Shown: positions 24,691-37,433, counted from the stretch's first letter. The stretch: 53,747 nt of DNA from Toensbergia leucococca (GCA_022813965.1 JALDZS010000161.1:1-53747), one strand, 5' to 3'. Notes: generated from the letters alone by a model not told the origin. Program-made: numbers and translations.

Positions 24691-24814
24691 GACACTTTGG
24701 CCGAGTGGTTAAGGCGACAGACTCGAAATTCCCCACTCTTTCTCAAAAAGCAAAAAAGTGGGGAATTGATATCTGTTTTCTTCGGAAGCGCAGGTTCAAA
24801 TCCTGCAGGTGTCG
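24691..24814 (+). tRNA. tRNA-Ser(CGA) with 43-nt intron
   Basis: Acceptor stem GACACTT/AGGTGTC plus G discriminator; D arm TGGCCGAGTGGTTAAGGC; anticodon CGA at 24724-24726; intron 24728-24770; long variable arm; T arm GCAGGTTCAAATCCTGC. Confidence 0.95.
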
Positions 24815-25278
24815 GAACTTAGTTCAACTTTTGCTTGTGGGGATGTTTTTGGAGATTTCTTATTTGGGGGAGAGGGGGCAATTGAGGTTAGAGGGGGTTT
24901 GATCGCGTTCAGATTATTGATCTTGGAGTTTCTTGACTCTATTCTATTGTTGTTTTTCGTTCGGGTTTGTGATCTAGGTATGGTTTGTGAAAGCTAATCG
25001 TGCTTTCCCTACCATATCTTTCGTAACACGGCCTTTAGAAGACGAGCGTTTGAACTCAAGTGGATTGTATCTCTTCTATTGTGAGTCCCTCTATCTTTTT
25101 CGAAGACTACCTAGGTGGTAAAACCCATTCCGCCGAAATCAAGGGTGCAAAGATGAAATCTAGCTGTATCACGCAGATCACCCATCTGGCCATCCACGCA
25201 TTCGCAAATAATGCCACATCCCCCGACGCCTCCATTTCGTAACGGACGGAGGCTTACCCGTGATTCCACAGCGGGTTT

Positions 25279-26854
25279 CTACCATCCGCTGCGGGGCTGT
25301 ACAGGCTCGGCGGGCTTGGAAGCCTCAATTTTAACAGTACCATCAGAATGGACACCCGCTACCCCGAGATACCCAGCAGAAACCAGGTTAAGGACGTGAT
25401 CGAAACCTCCCGTCTCCTTGATTTTACAGCGCTGACTTGACGATTCCATGTGGGATGTGAGAGCAGTGGGCGTCTTGAAGATCTTGAGACAGGCCGGGCA
25501 GCGATGCGTGCCTATGGAATGTGTTGGGGAGTCTAGATGCTGCTTGAGTGCATCGGCACTCTTGTAAAATTTCCTGCGAGAAAGAATGTTATCGATGTTT
25601 CATCCAAGTCGAGATCCGAATGGAAAACCTACATGCACTTGGGATGGGGACATTTGAATGTGTTTGTGACAGAATTGAAACAGTTGTATGGGTTCCAAAC
25701 CATCGTACTAATGCGGCCGTACTCCGTTCCTGTTTGGGGAAGGTACACACGAGGGGCTTCTATTGGGGCATTCCAGTTGAGTGCTGGAGTCTTTGGTGCA
25801 TTGGGAAAGAGAGTTGATGATGACAATTTTGCTGAGGCCCAAGCTTTAGGTGGGGTCTTGATGCTCATTGTTTCCAAGCCCTCGATGACTTGGTCTTTTC
25901 CCTCAGTATCGTCGAATTGGTCTTGTGTCTCGGTAGCGTCGGAATCGCTGCTCTCATTTACTGATTCTGCGATAGCGACATTTGTGTTCTCTCCTCCAAC
26001 TTCGCTTCTAGCTGTCAGAGTTGGGAAGACTGAAGCGTAATCCTCGTCGTCTTTGTCAATGATGGAAGAACGGTCGAGTGGGACTCCTCCGCTGACCGAG
26101 TCTCCTGCTTCAGACTCAGCTCCCAGCAGGCTTTCAGTATCATTCGCAAGTTGTGACAGTTGGTGCATGTAGATTTCCTTTTCACCACGACGGTCCCAGA
26201 ACATCTTGCTGGTAATAAAAGGACAGGTGTTTTTCTCAATATGGTTCACCAATCCTCCAGCGCGGACGAAAATCTCTCCACATCCTGGACAAGCAATATT
26301 TTGGTCTGCTGCATGGGCCTATTGTTTCATTGTTGGATGCGGCTGAGATATCGAAGACAGAATTTGAAACTTACCTGGCGGAAATGACGGTCTCGACCAC
26401 CTTCGCTGTGGAAGTCCTCACTACAGATGCAACAGGTGATGTGATTTTCAATATCAAAGATCTTGTGTTTCAGGTAGGCGGCATCGTCTTCAAAGTCTAA
26501 ATCGCAGCGTTTGCAGTAGTCGTGACGCTCATTCTTGTGACGTTTAAGCAAGACGAGGGAAGCAAATTTCGCATTGCAGTTGGGAAAGGTGCATGGGATG
26601 TGCTTGGTGTCTTTCTCAACATCTTTGCCATTTTTGGCGTCTTTGACAGTATCATCCTTTTTGTTAGTCTCCTCAATCTCCACAGCTGAGCAATTAGACG
26701 CCGTGGACCAAGCAGTCGATCTCGAGTAAGATGGGGCTTTGGCCGAATTCCATGCTTTTGAAGCTGAAGCTGGTGTAGTTTCAAGTGTAGACCACTGTGC
26801 AAGCAAAAGACGGTCAACTTGAGAAGAGCTGTTGCCTTTGTTACGAGTTGACAT
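25279..26854 (-). CDS. C2H2 zinc-finger protein
   Basis: Exons 26854-26375, 26318-25633, 25573-25279. Fingers CTFPNC..H, CKRC..H, CCIC..H, CPGC..H, CPHPKC..H, CPAC..H. Confidence 0.88.
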
Positions 26855-27576
26855 GGTGTGTTTTGTACGCAAGGAAGCTGATAGGGAAGCAAAAGAAAAC
26901 GAGAAAGTGGTCGTTGACGGGACGAGAGTGTGGGATGGAAGTGGAAGTGTTGGGTGAGTTGAGACTTGAGAGTTGGAGGCTTCACATATGTGCAGAGCGG
27001 CACTCGCGGCCCTAAAGTGAATGAAAGCAGGCTGTGAATCAACAGGGAGGTGCGAGAAGTAACTTAGCTCCAAGTGAAAGAAAGATCATGAAATATAGAA
27101 CATAGAGGAGAAGTTCGGTGTTAGAGACGGTGTCGGTCAAAGAAGCCCTGAAAACGCAAGAGATTAGGATTCTACTGGAGAAAAGGTCAAGGCTTAGACA
27201 ACGAAATTTCCTAACAGACAGTCTCATCCTTCGGCTCATAAGGTATGTCTCCATACATTCTTTCAACATTTCCTTCTTGATCCGAGTAGCATTGCCATTC
27301 GCATATATCTACCAAAGTACCAATGTGGTTGATTCGAGAGTCCAAAGACTTGTGACCGACCCCATGGTCATGCTTCCGAAGCGCTTATGGGAAGAAGAAA
27401 CTACATCGTTCATTTCTATAATCAAAGGCACACACCCCTATATTTCTCGAGCTTAAACAAAACCGCCAAGCTGAAAGTCTACAGAGCATTTCAAAATTCC
27501 CTTCCGAAAGTTCAACCCTCTGATTCCAACAGAACCCCCTTCCCCATCCATACCCTCTTCTCCAAACCTACCCTAT

Positions 27577-28587
27577 CTAGCCCCTCAGACTCCAATTCTG
27601 GAACGTGATTTCAAGGCGTTGGAGTGGGGAGTGTGAGGTGAAGTTCACTCCTGTAGAAGACGCTTTTGTCTTGATCTTTGGTGCAGCTTGCCCTTTGGGT
27701 CGGGAATGAGAGTGGTACATGGATTGGTGGGTTGCTTCCCCCTTCTCGCTTGGTTCATGGCGCGAGATGGTGTGGTGGCATTCTGGGGGTGCTGGGTCAC
27801 GGATGCGGGTGTTGTGGAAAGGAACAGTCGTGTAGAGTTTTTGAGGCAATTCGTGACTGGGGACGTGGCTACCATGTCTGGGAGCTGCAAAATCCATGGT
27901 ACGGGTGTGGTTGGAAAGCGTTTGCGCTTTTTGTGATGATTCGTGAGTCGGAGCAGCATGCCGATATAGGGGGATTGCTGAGGCCGCAGTACGAGTCTTA
28001 TTGAAATGGGGCTCTATCTTTGCCTGCGCATTTAGATTGTGACTGGAGACGGTATTGTGGGACTCTGAAGATGTTGGGATATAGTATGGAGTGTCTCGGA
28101 CTTGTGACTTCTCTGCCCGGTACTTTGAACCTTGGCTGGAGACGGTGTTGTGAGGTCCTGAACTGGCCAAATTAGAGGTGGAACGACCAAGAACCGGTGA
28201 CCTGGACTCCGCGTATCCCTTTGTACTGTGACCCGAAACAGTATCATGAGATTTCAGAATTGCCGAGGAGGTGGTGTTCCTGCGTGAAGCCCTCGGAAAA
28301 TGAAACAGCGCCGTAGCACTGCCATTATCGAGACGATGCTGTCTTGTGTGGAAGCTTTGTTCCCGTTCGTTTCTGCTCGTGAAAAATAAGCTCAGAGTCA
28401 GAACAAGTCTTTTGCCAATTACTTTGTTTCCTTCGGGCTGCCATTGAACCGCCGAAAATAGCTCTTCAGAGATATCATATCTGGATCTCAGTGCCTCCCT
28501 GATTCCTCCGTGGGTTCCACGTGGTACGAAGTCGCTTTTAGCGGCTGTTGAGAGTGGTCGTCCGCGAAAAATTGAGGGAGGGTACAA
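27577..28587 (-). CDS. Ser/His/Thr-rich orphan ORF with internal repeats; 5' end unresolved, possible pseudogene
   Basis: About 1 kb open frame with no in-frame ATG at its 5' end; repeated HxTVSSH and TR...H...HE..QK units. Confidence 0.4.
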   Translation of the reverse strand: MYPPSIFRGRPLSTAAKSDFVPRGTHGGIREALRSRYDISEELFSAVQWQPEGNKVIGKRLVLTLSLFFTSRNEREQSFHTRQHRLDNGSATALFHFPRASRRNTTSSAILKSHDTVSGHSTKGYAESRSPVLGRSTSNLASSGPHNTVSSQGSKYRAEKSQVRDTPYYIPTSSESHNTVSSHNLNAQAKIEPHFNKTRTAASAIPLYRHAAPTHESSQKAQTLSNHTRTMDFAAPRHGSHVPSHELPQKLYTTVPFHNTRIRDPAPPECHHTISRHEPSEKGEATHQSMYHSHSRPKGQAAPKIKTKASSTGVNFTSHSPLQRLEITFQNWSLRG

Positions 28588-28993
28588 ACCAAAAGTTTGT
28601 AATGCAGTAAGATCCGGACTATCTAGATGCCTGGGAAAATAAACAGATGGGTAGGTATTTGTAGCTGAAGGTTTGAACCTGCTTTCGCATTACAGACAGG
28701 TGAGACATCGAGCACATCCTAGAATTTCCACGAATTGATCTTTCGGATTCTTACATCAAAGGAAACTGCCGGTTTTTTCGAGACGATACTGGGAATTCTT
28801 TCTCACTGCTAATGAAAAGAAGTTTCATGAAGGAGCACACTTATCTTCGTTGCGTTTTGAATGGGCTTCTGCATATGGCTCCAAGCATTTCAAACTCACA
28901 ACACCGGTGGAAGCTTCTCCTTAGACGAGATAGCGATATGTTGGTGTAAGGACCAGGCGACAATAGTTGACTGCCAGAAGAGCCATGAGTCTA

Positions 28994-30717
28994 TCAGTCC
29001 CAATCCCGCCATCCATCTTCATCTCTTTGTTGCCCATCCGAAGAAGCCACTTCAGTCGACTGTCCATACCAACCACCATCATGTAGTGGACGCCCTCGTC
29101 CATCTTCATCACTACTGACTTCATATCTATCCTCTTCATCCTCACTTGCATCATCAAAACTGCTTCTTCGCCTAATCGTCTTCATTGACATCTTACTTCC
29201 TAAGCTATCCCCCGACGTTCTCCCATCAGTATAGGTATCTAGCGAATGTCCATTCATCCGATCTTCTGTTCCGACCGATCTCCTTCTCGATTTCGGTAAA
29301 GTCGCTGCACCGCTTAGTGGGGTCAAATAATGCCGTTCACGATCATCTCTCTGTGGCCGTCTATTATGGTCTCTAGAATCCCAGCTCCGATTTCTCTCGT
29401 CGTATGTTTGATCTAACTCTCCATCCCATTGTTCCTGCTGTCTCCATTGAGTTTCTCTGTCCCTTTTGACCTCTTCTCTTGCTTTTACCCATTTTGGGCT
29501 CGGCTCCCAATGCCATCCATCGCCTGATGTATTACATATCGGTAGAAACCACAAGGTAGGCTTTTCTCCAAGGAGATGCTGGAAATTTCTCTTCCATCCC
29601 AGATCAAACGCATTAGGTAGTTTCTCGGAATCTTGCTCGTCAAGATAATCTTCATATCTCTCCCTCTCTCGTGATCGTTCCAGGTCATTGTAATTTCTGT
29701 TGGAGCCCCCTTTGATAGCCAAGCCTTGTTCCAAGTCACCCGTTGGTGAAGGCCTTTCCTCGCCCTCTTCCGTCCTTGTGATACCGGGTAACGCATTAGC
29801 ATGTATTTCTGCAAGCTGTTGCCCATAGCTCTGGCCCGTGGTACCACTTTCATGTCCAAATCGCTGCCTCTGCATGGACTTTCTTAGTGGACTAAGATAT
29901 CTAGTCTTTTCTAGACATTCAATCGTCGTTTGGCCTCTCCAAGCCAAGCTTATATGCCATGCCGTAAAGCCCGTCAGCACCAGCCCAATGATCCCGGAAA
30001 TAACGCACAGCAGCACGTAGTTGATTGGCATTAGGCTATCACTATATTGATCATCTAAAACCTCAACAAATAACCAGGTGATGGTAACGGCAAAGCAAGT
30101 CCAGCAAAAGAAAGTCGTGTATGAAAGAAACAAAAGGAATGGCTTGTAATTCCTCAACCCTACACAGGTTGCCAGCCAAGGACAGTGATGATCCATTTTC
30201 AGAACACAGCGTCGGCATGTAGAGCAGTGATGTGCTCGATCTGGTTTGCGACTTTGGCATTTCTTACAAAAGCGGGTTTCTCCAGTGGATTTGACAGTGA
30301 AAGAAGGAAGATCTTGGTGTGAGGGTGGTTCGTGGCTGGGGAGGTGGGAATAGCCCGATTTGCCGCTTGAGGTGAGAGTCGATCCAGGGTCAGTAAATAC
30401 GGCAGTGGTGTAGGACCAGTTGAGTAGGACATAGAGGAGTATTCCAAGGGAAGAGGTTGCATAGCCTAGGAACGTAGAATGAGTCAACAACAGCTAGACT
30501 TGTGGGAAGCCACAGGCTCACCGGTCCACGCATTCGAGATTTTGAAAAGGCCTATGCCAGCTTCAACCCAGACAGCCCATGTGGTCAAGCCGTAGATGAA
30601 AGCAAGTGGGAAGTAAATAACGACATTCCAGCAACGACGTTCGCACTTCCTCGCGCAATTCTTCCGACGCCTCTTGAGAGGTGGTGGCGAAGGTGATGAT
30701 GAGGAAAGAGTTGCCAT
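28994..30717 (-). CDS. PFA3: DHHC palmitoyltransferase, Pfa3-like
   Basis: Exons 30717-30522 and 30465-28994. [40 protein letters not shown]; four TM segments. Confidence 0.92.
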
Positions 30718-33037
30718 ACTCTTCGGCCGTAGGCCAAGTTAAGATCTATGAACTCATAGCTCAGAGCGGCAGAACTGTCCAAAAGTTTCGAGTTGTAGTC
30801 TCGGTCCAGTCAAGCCGCAAGAGGAGACAGTCAGGGTAGTGTTGATAGAGAGGAGATAACACCTAGATTGGAACACTTAATACTAGCTTTGGTCACACGT
30901 TCTTCCAGACGAGACAAGGACGCAGAAGGTAAATGCTCAATCTGCAAAAGGATGACGAATTCGAATTAGGTTCAACTTCAAGCATCAGCCCTATCGGGTA
31001 CTGTAGCCCCGAGCCCCGTTCCGCACTGCATCGCGCTCCCCTGAATATCACTTCCTGATTAGGAATTGAGAGAGGTCTCAATAAATTGACACAATTACAT
31101 GATACGCACACGACTCCTGGGGCAATTTGGAGCCGTACAATCTGCTACACAATAAGTGCTAAGCATTGAATCCTTTTGGTATATACAATGAAAAGTCGAA
31201 TGTTCGAGGCCTAGGGCCTAGGGGGTTGAAAAGGTAACAAAAGTCAGGAGGTAATTGAGTATTTGAGTATTTTGATATTCTGATATCCTGATATTCTGGC
31301 GCCGGTGAGGTACTAGGTATGCCTCATTGAGTATAGTTTATATAGAAGGGTTTATCCTGCATAGTGACCTACGGTCGCTGGGACAGATGAATGAAGTCAT
31401 CATCATCATCAATAAATTGACAATGCTGACCTCTCAGCCCTCAGCTTCAAAATAATCAAAGCACAAATAGAATGACATCTACTCGTGTTTCACACAGCTT
31501 GACAGTGTACTTGGTCTGACTGTAGAGTTGAAATATATTCTATTTCCCCTTTTCCAAACAAGACCATCAATATCATGGACACTGAAGAGGCCTATGACCT
31601 TCTCAGCTACCATAATACGTCCTCCCTTATGGCGACGTTGTAGTGGAATACCGCCGAGATTCCGCCGAGAATCCAAATGAGAGACAGAGATACAAGACAG
31701 CCCTAGCAGTTCGCTGTGTTCACATCTTAATGACCAAATCGTGTCCATCCCAGCCGCAAAGCATTCCCCCATCTCTGAATCATCGCCTCCAATGCATAGA
31801 GCCAGAATCGCCAAGTCCCTAGCAAAGTCCTGACCATCCAGGCACCTTCAAAATTCAAGCCGAAAGAAACCCCCCAAATTGTCGAATACCAACAAATTAG
31901 CACCCGCTTCATAAACAGCCAACAACACAGCCAAACCACCTCCTCCAAACTCCAACTCCCCCAGTCACCCAACCCCTCAACCATCAGGAAGAAGCGAACG
32001 AATACATAGATGTAGTTTATGCACGAAGAAAAAGAGCCAAAAAAAAAACCCGCTAGAATTCAAGCTTAAGATCCAACTCTACCTAACAGACAGACACCCC
32101 GACTCAACTCCACCTGGAAAAGCGAATACAGAAACAAGTATCAAACTTCCATTCTAATATACCCCCAAGTTCGCCCTCCCCAGAAAAATCAACGCCACCA
32201 GATCACACTTAGTAGGAAGCAGAAGACCGGGACCAGTCACCGCTACGAGATCGTTCACTCATCCCTCCACGATTGCACGTAAGTTCAAGACCACCAGTTC
32301 CAAGACCGTGAGATACCTCTCTGAGGGGCCTTTGGGGACGGAGTTGTATTCAGTGTGCCATACTCCATGGCACACGTGTGGTCCGGGAATCAACCGAGGA
32401 GAGGGGTGTTACTTGCGAGAGTAAGGGATCTCAAAGTCTAGGAAATGCTGTCAAAGGTGATATTTCCAAGGACGAGCAAGATCAGGTTGCGGTTTTTTGA
32501 TGCAGGGGTACAGAGTTGGAGATGGAGGTATCATGGATGGTAAGGTGGAAATGGGTTAAAATAATAGCGTTAATGTGTTATCGAGTAAGCCGACGCGGAC
32601 AGCTGTGATGAGAAAACGTCGATTTAGAAGGAGGTGGCGCTGGTGATGAGGGAGTAGATGATGAGGGAGTAGATGAGATAGGAGCCTTGACTATAATAGA
32701 GGGTGCGAAAAGAAAGAGGTACTTTGATAGACGGTATGAAATATTCTAAATTGGAGACGACGCCTCTGTACTTATGCTGCTAAAGTATTTTCCTCACACA
32801 TTGTACAAGTCATCTCAAAGAATGCGTCAAAGACGCCAATAGACCTATCGACCTCTCGATCTCAACGCTTTTCAAAAAAAAGAAAACACTCTAGTCGTGT
32901 ACGCGAGTGCCCGTACACCGTGTACCATGCCATGCAACATGCTATCGCTCGTATCGAGGCCGAATATTCCAATCACGCTAATCCAAAGATACCTTACCAA
33001 CACCCTTGATGATGTATTCGCCATGCTGTGTTTAGTT

Positions 33038-34758
33038 TTAGAAAAGTTCATCAAGAACCATGGGTCCTGGTATGCCAAACAGATCACGCCTGTTAGGAGT
33101 TGACGTCGTGTTCGTCAGTTGTATATTTCCAACCTCGCACCAATTCTTGTGAGGCTACGGCGTCTATTAGCAATCGAGTTCTTTGTACGGATATATGGCG
33201 AAGCACTTACCAAGCAGCTCAAATACTTGCACCAAGAGCAAGTAGTCCGGTACTTGTAAAAGTTGGTGAGGAGCACAATGAAGCACACAAGCACACCAAC
33301 TAGTGCCACAACTCTAACAATACACCAAAGCCACCATATCGGCTTACGATTTCTGAAGAATCCCAGGGGTTGCCTCACAAGTCCCTTCAGCCCGTCGTCT
33401 CCACTATCGTCTAACCTTCTATTTGAATCGACAGGAGCGTAGGGTGCGCTATCTCCATTGGCATGCTGGCGAATAGCAATTGGTGAGTGTAAGATACAGA
33501 TTCCTAGGAAGAGGCCCATAACAAAACCGCCAATATGGGAGAAATTGTCGAGGCCAGGAAGGAGACCGAGGACAAAAGAAATTACAATAACGAGAGTAAC
33601 GAAAATGAGCTCCTTGCCTGGAGAGTCTTGTTCTTTCCAGGTGTAGAGTAGGTGGAGCAGCATTATCGCAATAACTCCAAAGAGAGAACCCGAAGCACCT
33701 GTAGAAGCAACACCACTCGGCGCAAAGTTCCCTCCCATGATAAAACCAAATATACCACTGCTAAAGTATATGAGAGCAAACCTAAGTGACCCAACTTCCT
33801 TTTCCATCTCTCTCCCAATTGTCAGTTGTGTAAGCATATTAAAAGTGATGTGGATGAATCCGGCATGAAGAAATATTGGAACTATGAATCGAAACCACTG
33901 ATTGGGTTGTGGTATATCTGAAAGGGAACCACCAGGATGAGGGTTCGGTACACCGGAGAAGCCACAGAATTCTGACAGTGTGCACTGATTTGATGGACTT
34001 TCCGGATCAGAAGTCGTTGTGTTGGGACACGGCCAAGCTATCTCAACCGACGAATCTTGTATTCCGGGGGTAGATCGCATGCAAGGCACATATCTTGCAC
34101 CCATGTTTATGAGGACGTAGATGGAAGGGCCGAGCATGGGGTTGACCTGGGGATGGATCTCAATTGGAGATTTTGTGAGGACAGCTATTATGGTCAGTAC
34201 AAATTCTACGAATCAAACAGCCTCGGTCTACTTGCCATTCTTGACTATCTCCGCTATGAAAACGGTCACTTGGATCAGAGTCAGACCGTATACAACCCAA
34301 GGTATTCGACCGCTAAAAAGTCCCCGCTTCTTTCTACGTCGCCCTCGACTTGACGGCGTTCGATTTGATAGTCTCGCTAGATTGTTGTTATTGTTTTCTT
34401 CTTGAAGTCTCCATTGATCCTGCCGACTACCATCGGGCGAATAATTGGACTGTGCATGGGGTTGCAGTGGTATATCATCGGAGTAAGGAGTAGGCTCATC
34501 AAGCCGGCCTCCACCGGCGCCGCCGTAATATTGATGCTCCGATCCAAGACTCTGTTGGCTTTGATAGGCATAAGCTGGGTATGCAGGATCATGACCGAGT
34601 GGTGAAATGGGTGATGCTGTGGCTTGTGCGTGGTGTAACGGCTGGTAGGCAGAATAGGCCGAATGAGGAGCAGGTATTGATGGCAGAGAAGCGTCAGAGC
34701 GTTGACGGGCGGGAGGTTGATTAGGACGTGCTGGGTTATAGAAGTCGTGGGCCGCCAT
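33038..34758 (-). CDS. Rhomboid family intramembrane serine protease
   Basis: Exons 34758-34236, 34184-33211, 33154-33038. NPMLGPS, QWFRF..FLHAG..H..FN, catalytic GASG and HIGG. First intron is GC-AG. Confidence 0.92.
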
Positions 34759-36644
34759 ATTGGAAAGACACGGTTCTTAGCGATAGTGTGGGACTTTAAT
34801 CGGTATTGGTAAGGTGTCGCGTGTCAACGATAGAATCTTCGATAATTTCGATGCCAATATGGCTGAGCTTATGGATGCTTCTTCCAGATGGGAGAACAGG
34901 TAAATTGATGCCAGTCAAGTTACAGGAATGCAAGTAATAGAAAACTCTGGGACAAGGCTGCTCCTTGCAAAAAGAGGGTGGTGAAAAAGGTTGTCGCTGC
35001 GGCATCAGGACAAGAGGGTCAGAGATGCAAGAGTCCACATAGATGGAGTCTCCCCTTCATCTCCATGATAGCAATAGCCAAGCAATGCTTAGGAACGACG
35101 TCGATCAGACGAATCTTCTTGATTCTCACACAAAGGAAGACTAAAGTTAGAACAAAGTCGGGGCGAGCAACAGTTGCATACGAGCATATTCTAGCCGCGC
35201 TACTTTAGCCTCGTTTCGGGTATTGCAGATCTTTCTTGGCTGTCTTGGCATCATCATCGCCGACGAAGCTGCACCTCCACTCCTCCACTCCTCGACTTCC
35301 TCCTCGCCTCCATGAATCATCTTTGTTCTGCTGGACAATCATATTCGTAGATGAATCAGATAGAGGGTTTCCTTCAACCTTCATTATGTCGACCATATCT
35401 CATGTCTCACGTCACAAGTCTTTCAACCTTTGATTCGATGCGCCATTTATGAGACTCCACTCAGATGAACCTTGGATAGCTCTGCTTTGGTGTGAAAATG
35501 TGATGCACCCTCAGTGTGCGATGGAAAGAACTTCGTCATGTCTTTGCTCTCAAAACTTAAGACTCTGTTGAGGGGTTCTTTTGCGCAAATATCATTGTTC
35601 CCGTCTCCCAGAGACTTTGCTAGACTCGACCAAATATACTGACTACTTGTACCATTGTATCTTCTACGACATACATATACATAAACGAGGAAAATTACAC
35701 ACAATGGCGTCAGAGCATACTTTTCAATCTAGTTAACTGCTTAGATTGCCTACATCGACTCCTCATCACATGCTGACCTTTAGCCTACATGGACGAGAGC
35801 CGCATGAACGGTACATGCACTCAACCACAAGAATTGTTCTTGGATTTAGCAAGAAGTAGACAATACAGCGGAAGCGAATTAAGAGCCCGGGCAGAAAGAA
35901 GGCAGCAGCAGTAGTAGTGACAGCACCCGCATCGGGAAAGACAATACCCTGAAGCCCAGCCCTCAGCTAGCTCGGAGGAGATGTGTCGAATTTTTAGACT
36001 CCTGATGTGTGGTCAAACCCCTCTACACATGCTCTCATCAGGGAATTTGAAGCTCTCGGCTCTCCAACTTACATATCTCATCTCTCATTTAAAATCTCCT
36101 TAGTTTATGCCGGGTCAAGATTTGTTCACGTTTTGCTTTGGGGCAAATTGGCAGACCTCGGGAATCGAGAGGAACTAAAGCAGCTGAACAACAAGATATT
36201 CAATCAACTCGAACAAATGCAGCAAAAATAGCCGTTCAACTACCAATAGTGACCTTCTCTAGCGAGATACTAAACGGCAAATAGCCATGGTTTCTGCCTG
36301 TTGTTGGTCAAACTCGTTTCTGAATTTGATTTGTTGAAAAAAGCCGTTTCTTAATATGAAATTGATACTCTTTATTCCCCTGGTACACAATGTCTCTTCC
36401 CCGTGGAATTGTTGAGCCACAATCGTGAACCCCCAACATCTCATTGCTTAAAGGGCGCTTCATACCCATACCCTTTCTCTAATCAAACAATTCCCGGATC
36501 AATACTTCAATCCAAGTCTCCAATCATCCACCAGTCGCCAAAGCCGTGCAAGCCTTTGTATATATACTACATCCTCTCGCCTTTTTTCTTCCCCAACAGC
36601 ATCTCTCAAGTCCACACACAGCCGCAACGTGCAAATTTACCAGT

Positions 36645-37433
36645 ATGCTTCTACAGCTAGGAGCACTCATCATGGCAGTCGTCCCCCTAGGAGTAATTGC
36701 CGCTCCTAAGCACAAAACCTGGACAGTGGAGGAACAAACAAAATGCAAAGAAATCTGGAAGGAAAAGGCGTACTTTGTGAAACATTCCAACAACCCTTTA
36801 GCATTCACCCAGCTCGACAACTCTGACGGCTGCCCCCTTCCCAAACGCTTCGACCATTTCGAAAAGGCCCTTGAAACTAGGCATCATCACGATGAACATC
36901 ACAATGAACATGACACTAAACATGACAAGAAACATGACAAAAAATGCAAATATCAATGGGCAAAAATGGATAACTGGCATGCAAATTTGTACGCACGACC
37001 AAAAATCACCGAAGATTGCCTGCGCTGGCACGACGACATGTGCGAACGTCAATGGAAAGAGCAACCTTTTCTAGGTTTCAGCATCCCCCCCCGGGTCTCC
37101 AAGGATTGCCAGCGTTACATTGACGCCAAAGGCCACTTGCACGAACTCCCTAACCTCGGCGGCCAAAACCTCAAGCGCGACACCAATCTCGCCGCCAACA
37201 TCTTACCCCTAACCCTCCCCAACGCCTCTCCCGATAACACAGCCGTAGATCTTCAGACCCTAGTCTATGCCGAAACCGCCGCAGCGGCCAAAAACGCCGA
37301 AAAGGGCAAGCCCGAGGTCGTGGATCCGCTGTGTCCGAATGGGGGCACCTATGACTTTGATATGAGTCTTACGGACGGCTGCACCGGTGATAAGGAATGC
37401 AACGACCCGTGCTATAATCGTTTCGGAGGCTAA
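36645..37433 (+). CDS. Secreted Cys-repeat, His-rich orphan protein (262 aa) with Kex2 sites
   Basis: Signal-like MLLQLGALIMAVVPLGVIA-AP; 10 Cys; KR at PLPKR and NLKR; HHHDEHHNEHDTKHDKKHDKK tract; TATA-like element at about 36559. Confidence 0.8.
   Translation: MLLQLGALIMAVVPLGVIAAPKHKTWTVEEQTKCKEIWKEKAYFVKHSNNPLAFTQLDNSDGCPLPKRFDHFEKALETRHHHDEHHNEHDTKHDKKHDKKCKYQWAKMDNWHANLYARPKITEDCLRWHDDMCERQWKEQPFLGFSIPPRVSKDCQRYIDAKGHLHELPNLGGQNLKRDTNLAANILPLTLPNASPDNTAVDLQTLVYAETAAAAKNAEKGKPEVVDPLCPNGGTYDFDMSLTDGCTGDKECNDPCYNRFGG

Noticed and set aside
31400..32700. Telomerase RNA or RNase P RNA as the identity of the structured region
   Set aside because: No TAACCCTAA template seen on either strand. 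A GTGCAATCGT resembling RNase P CR-IV is present, but CR-I and CR-V are not.
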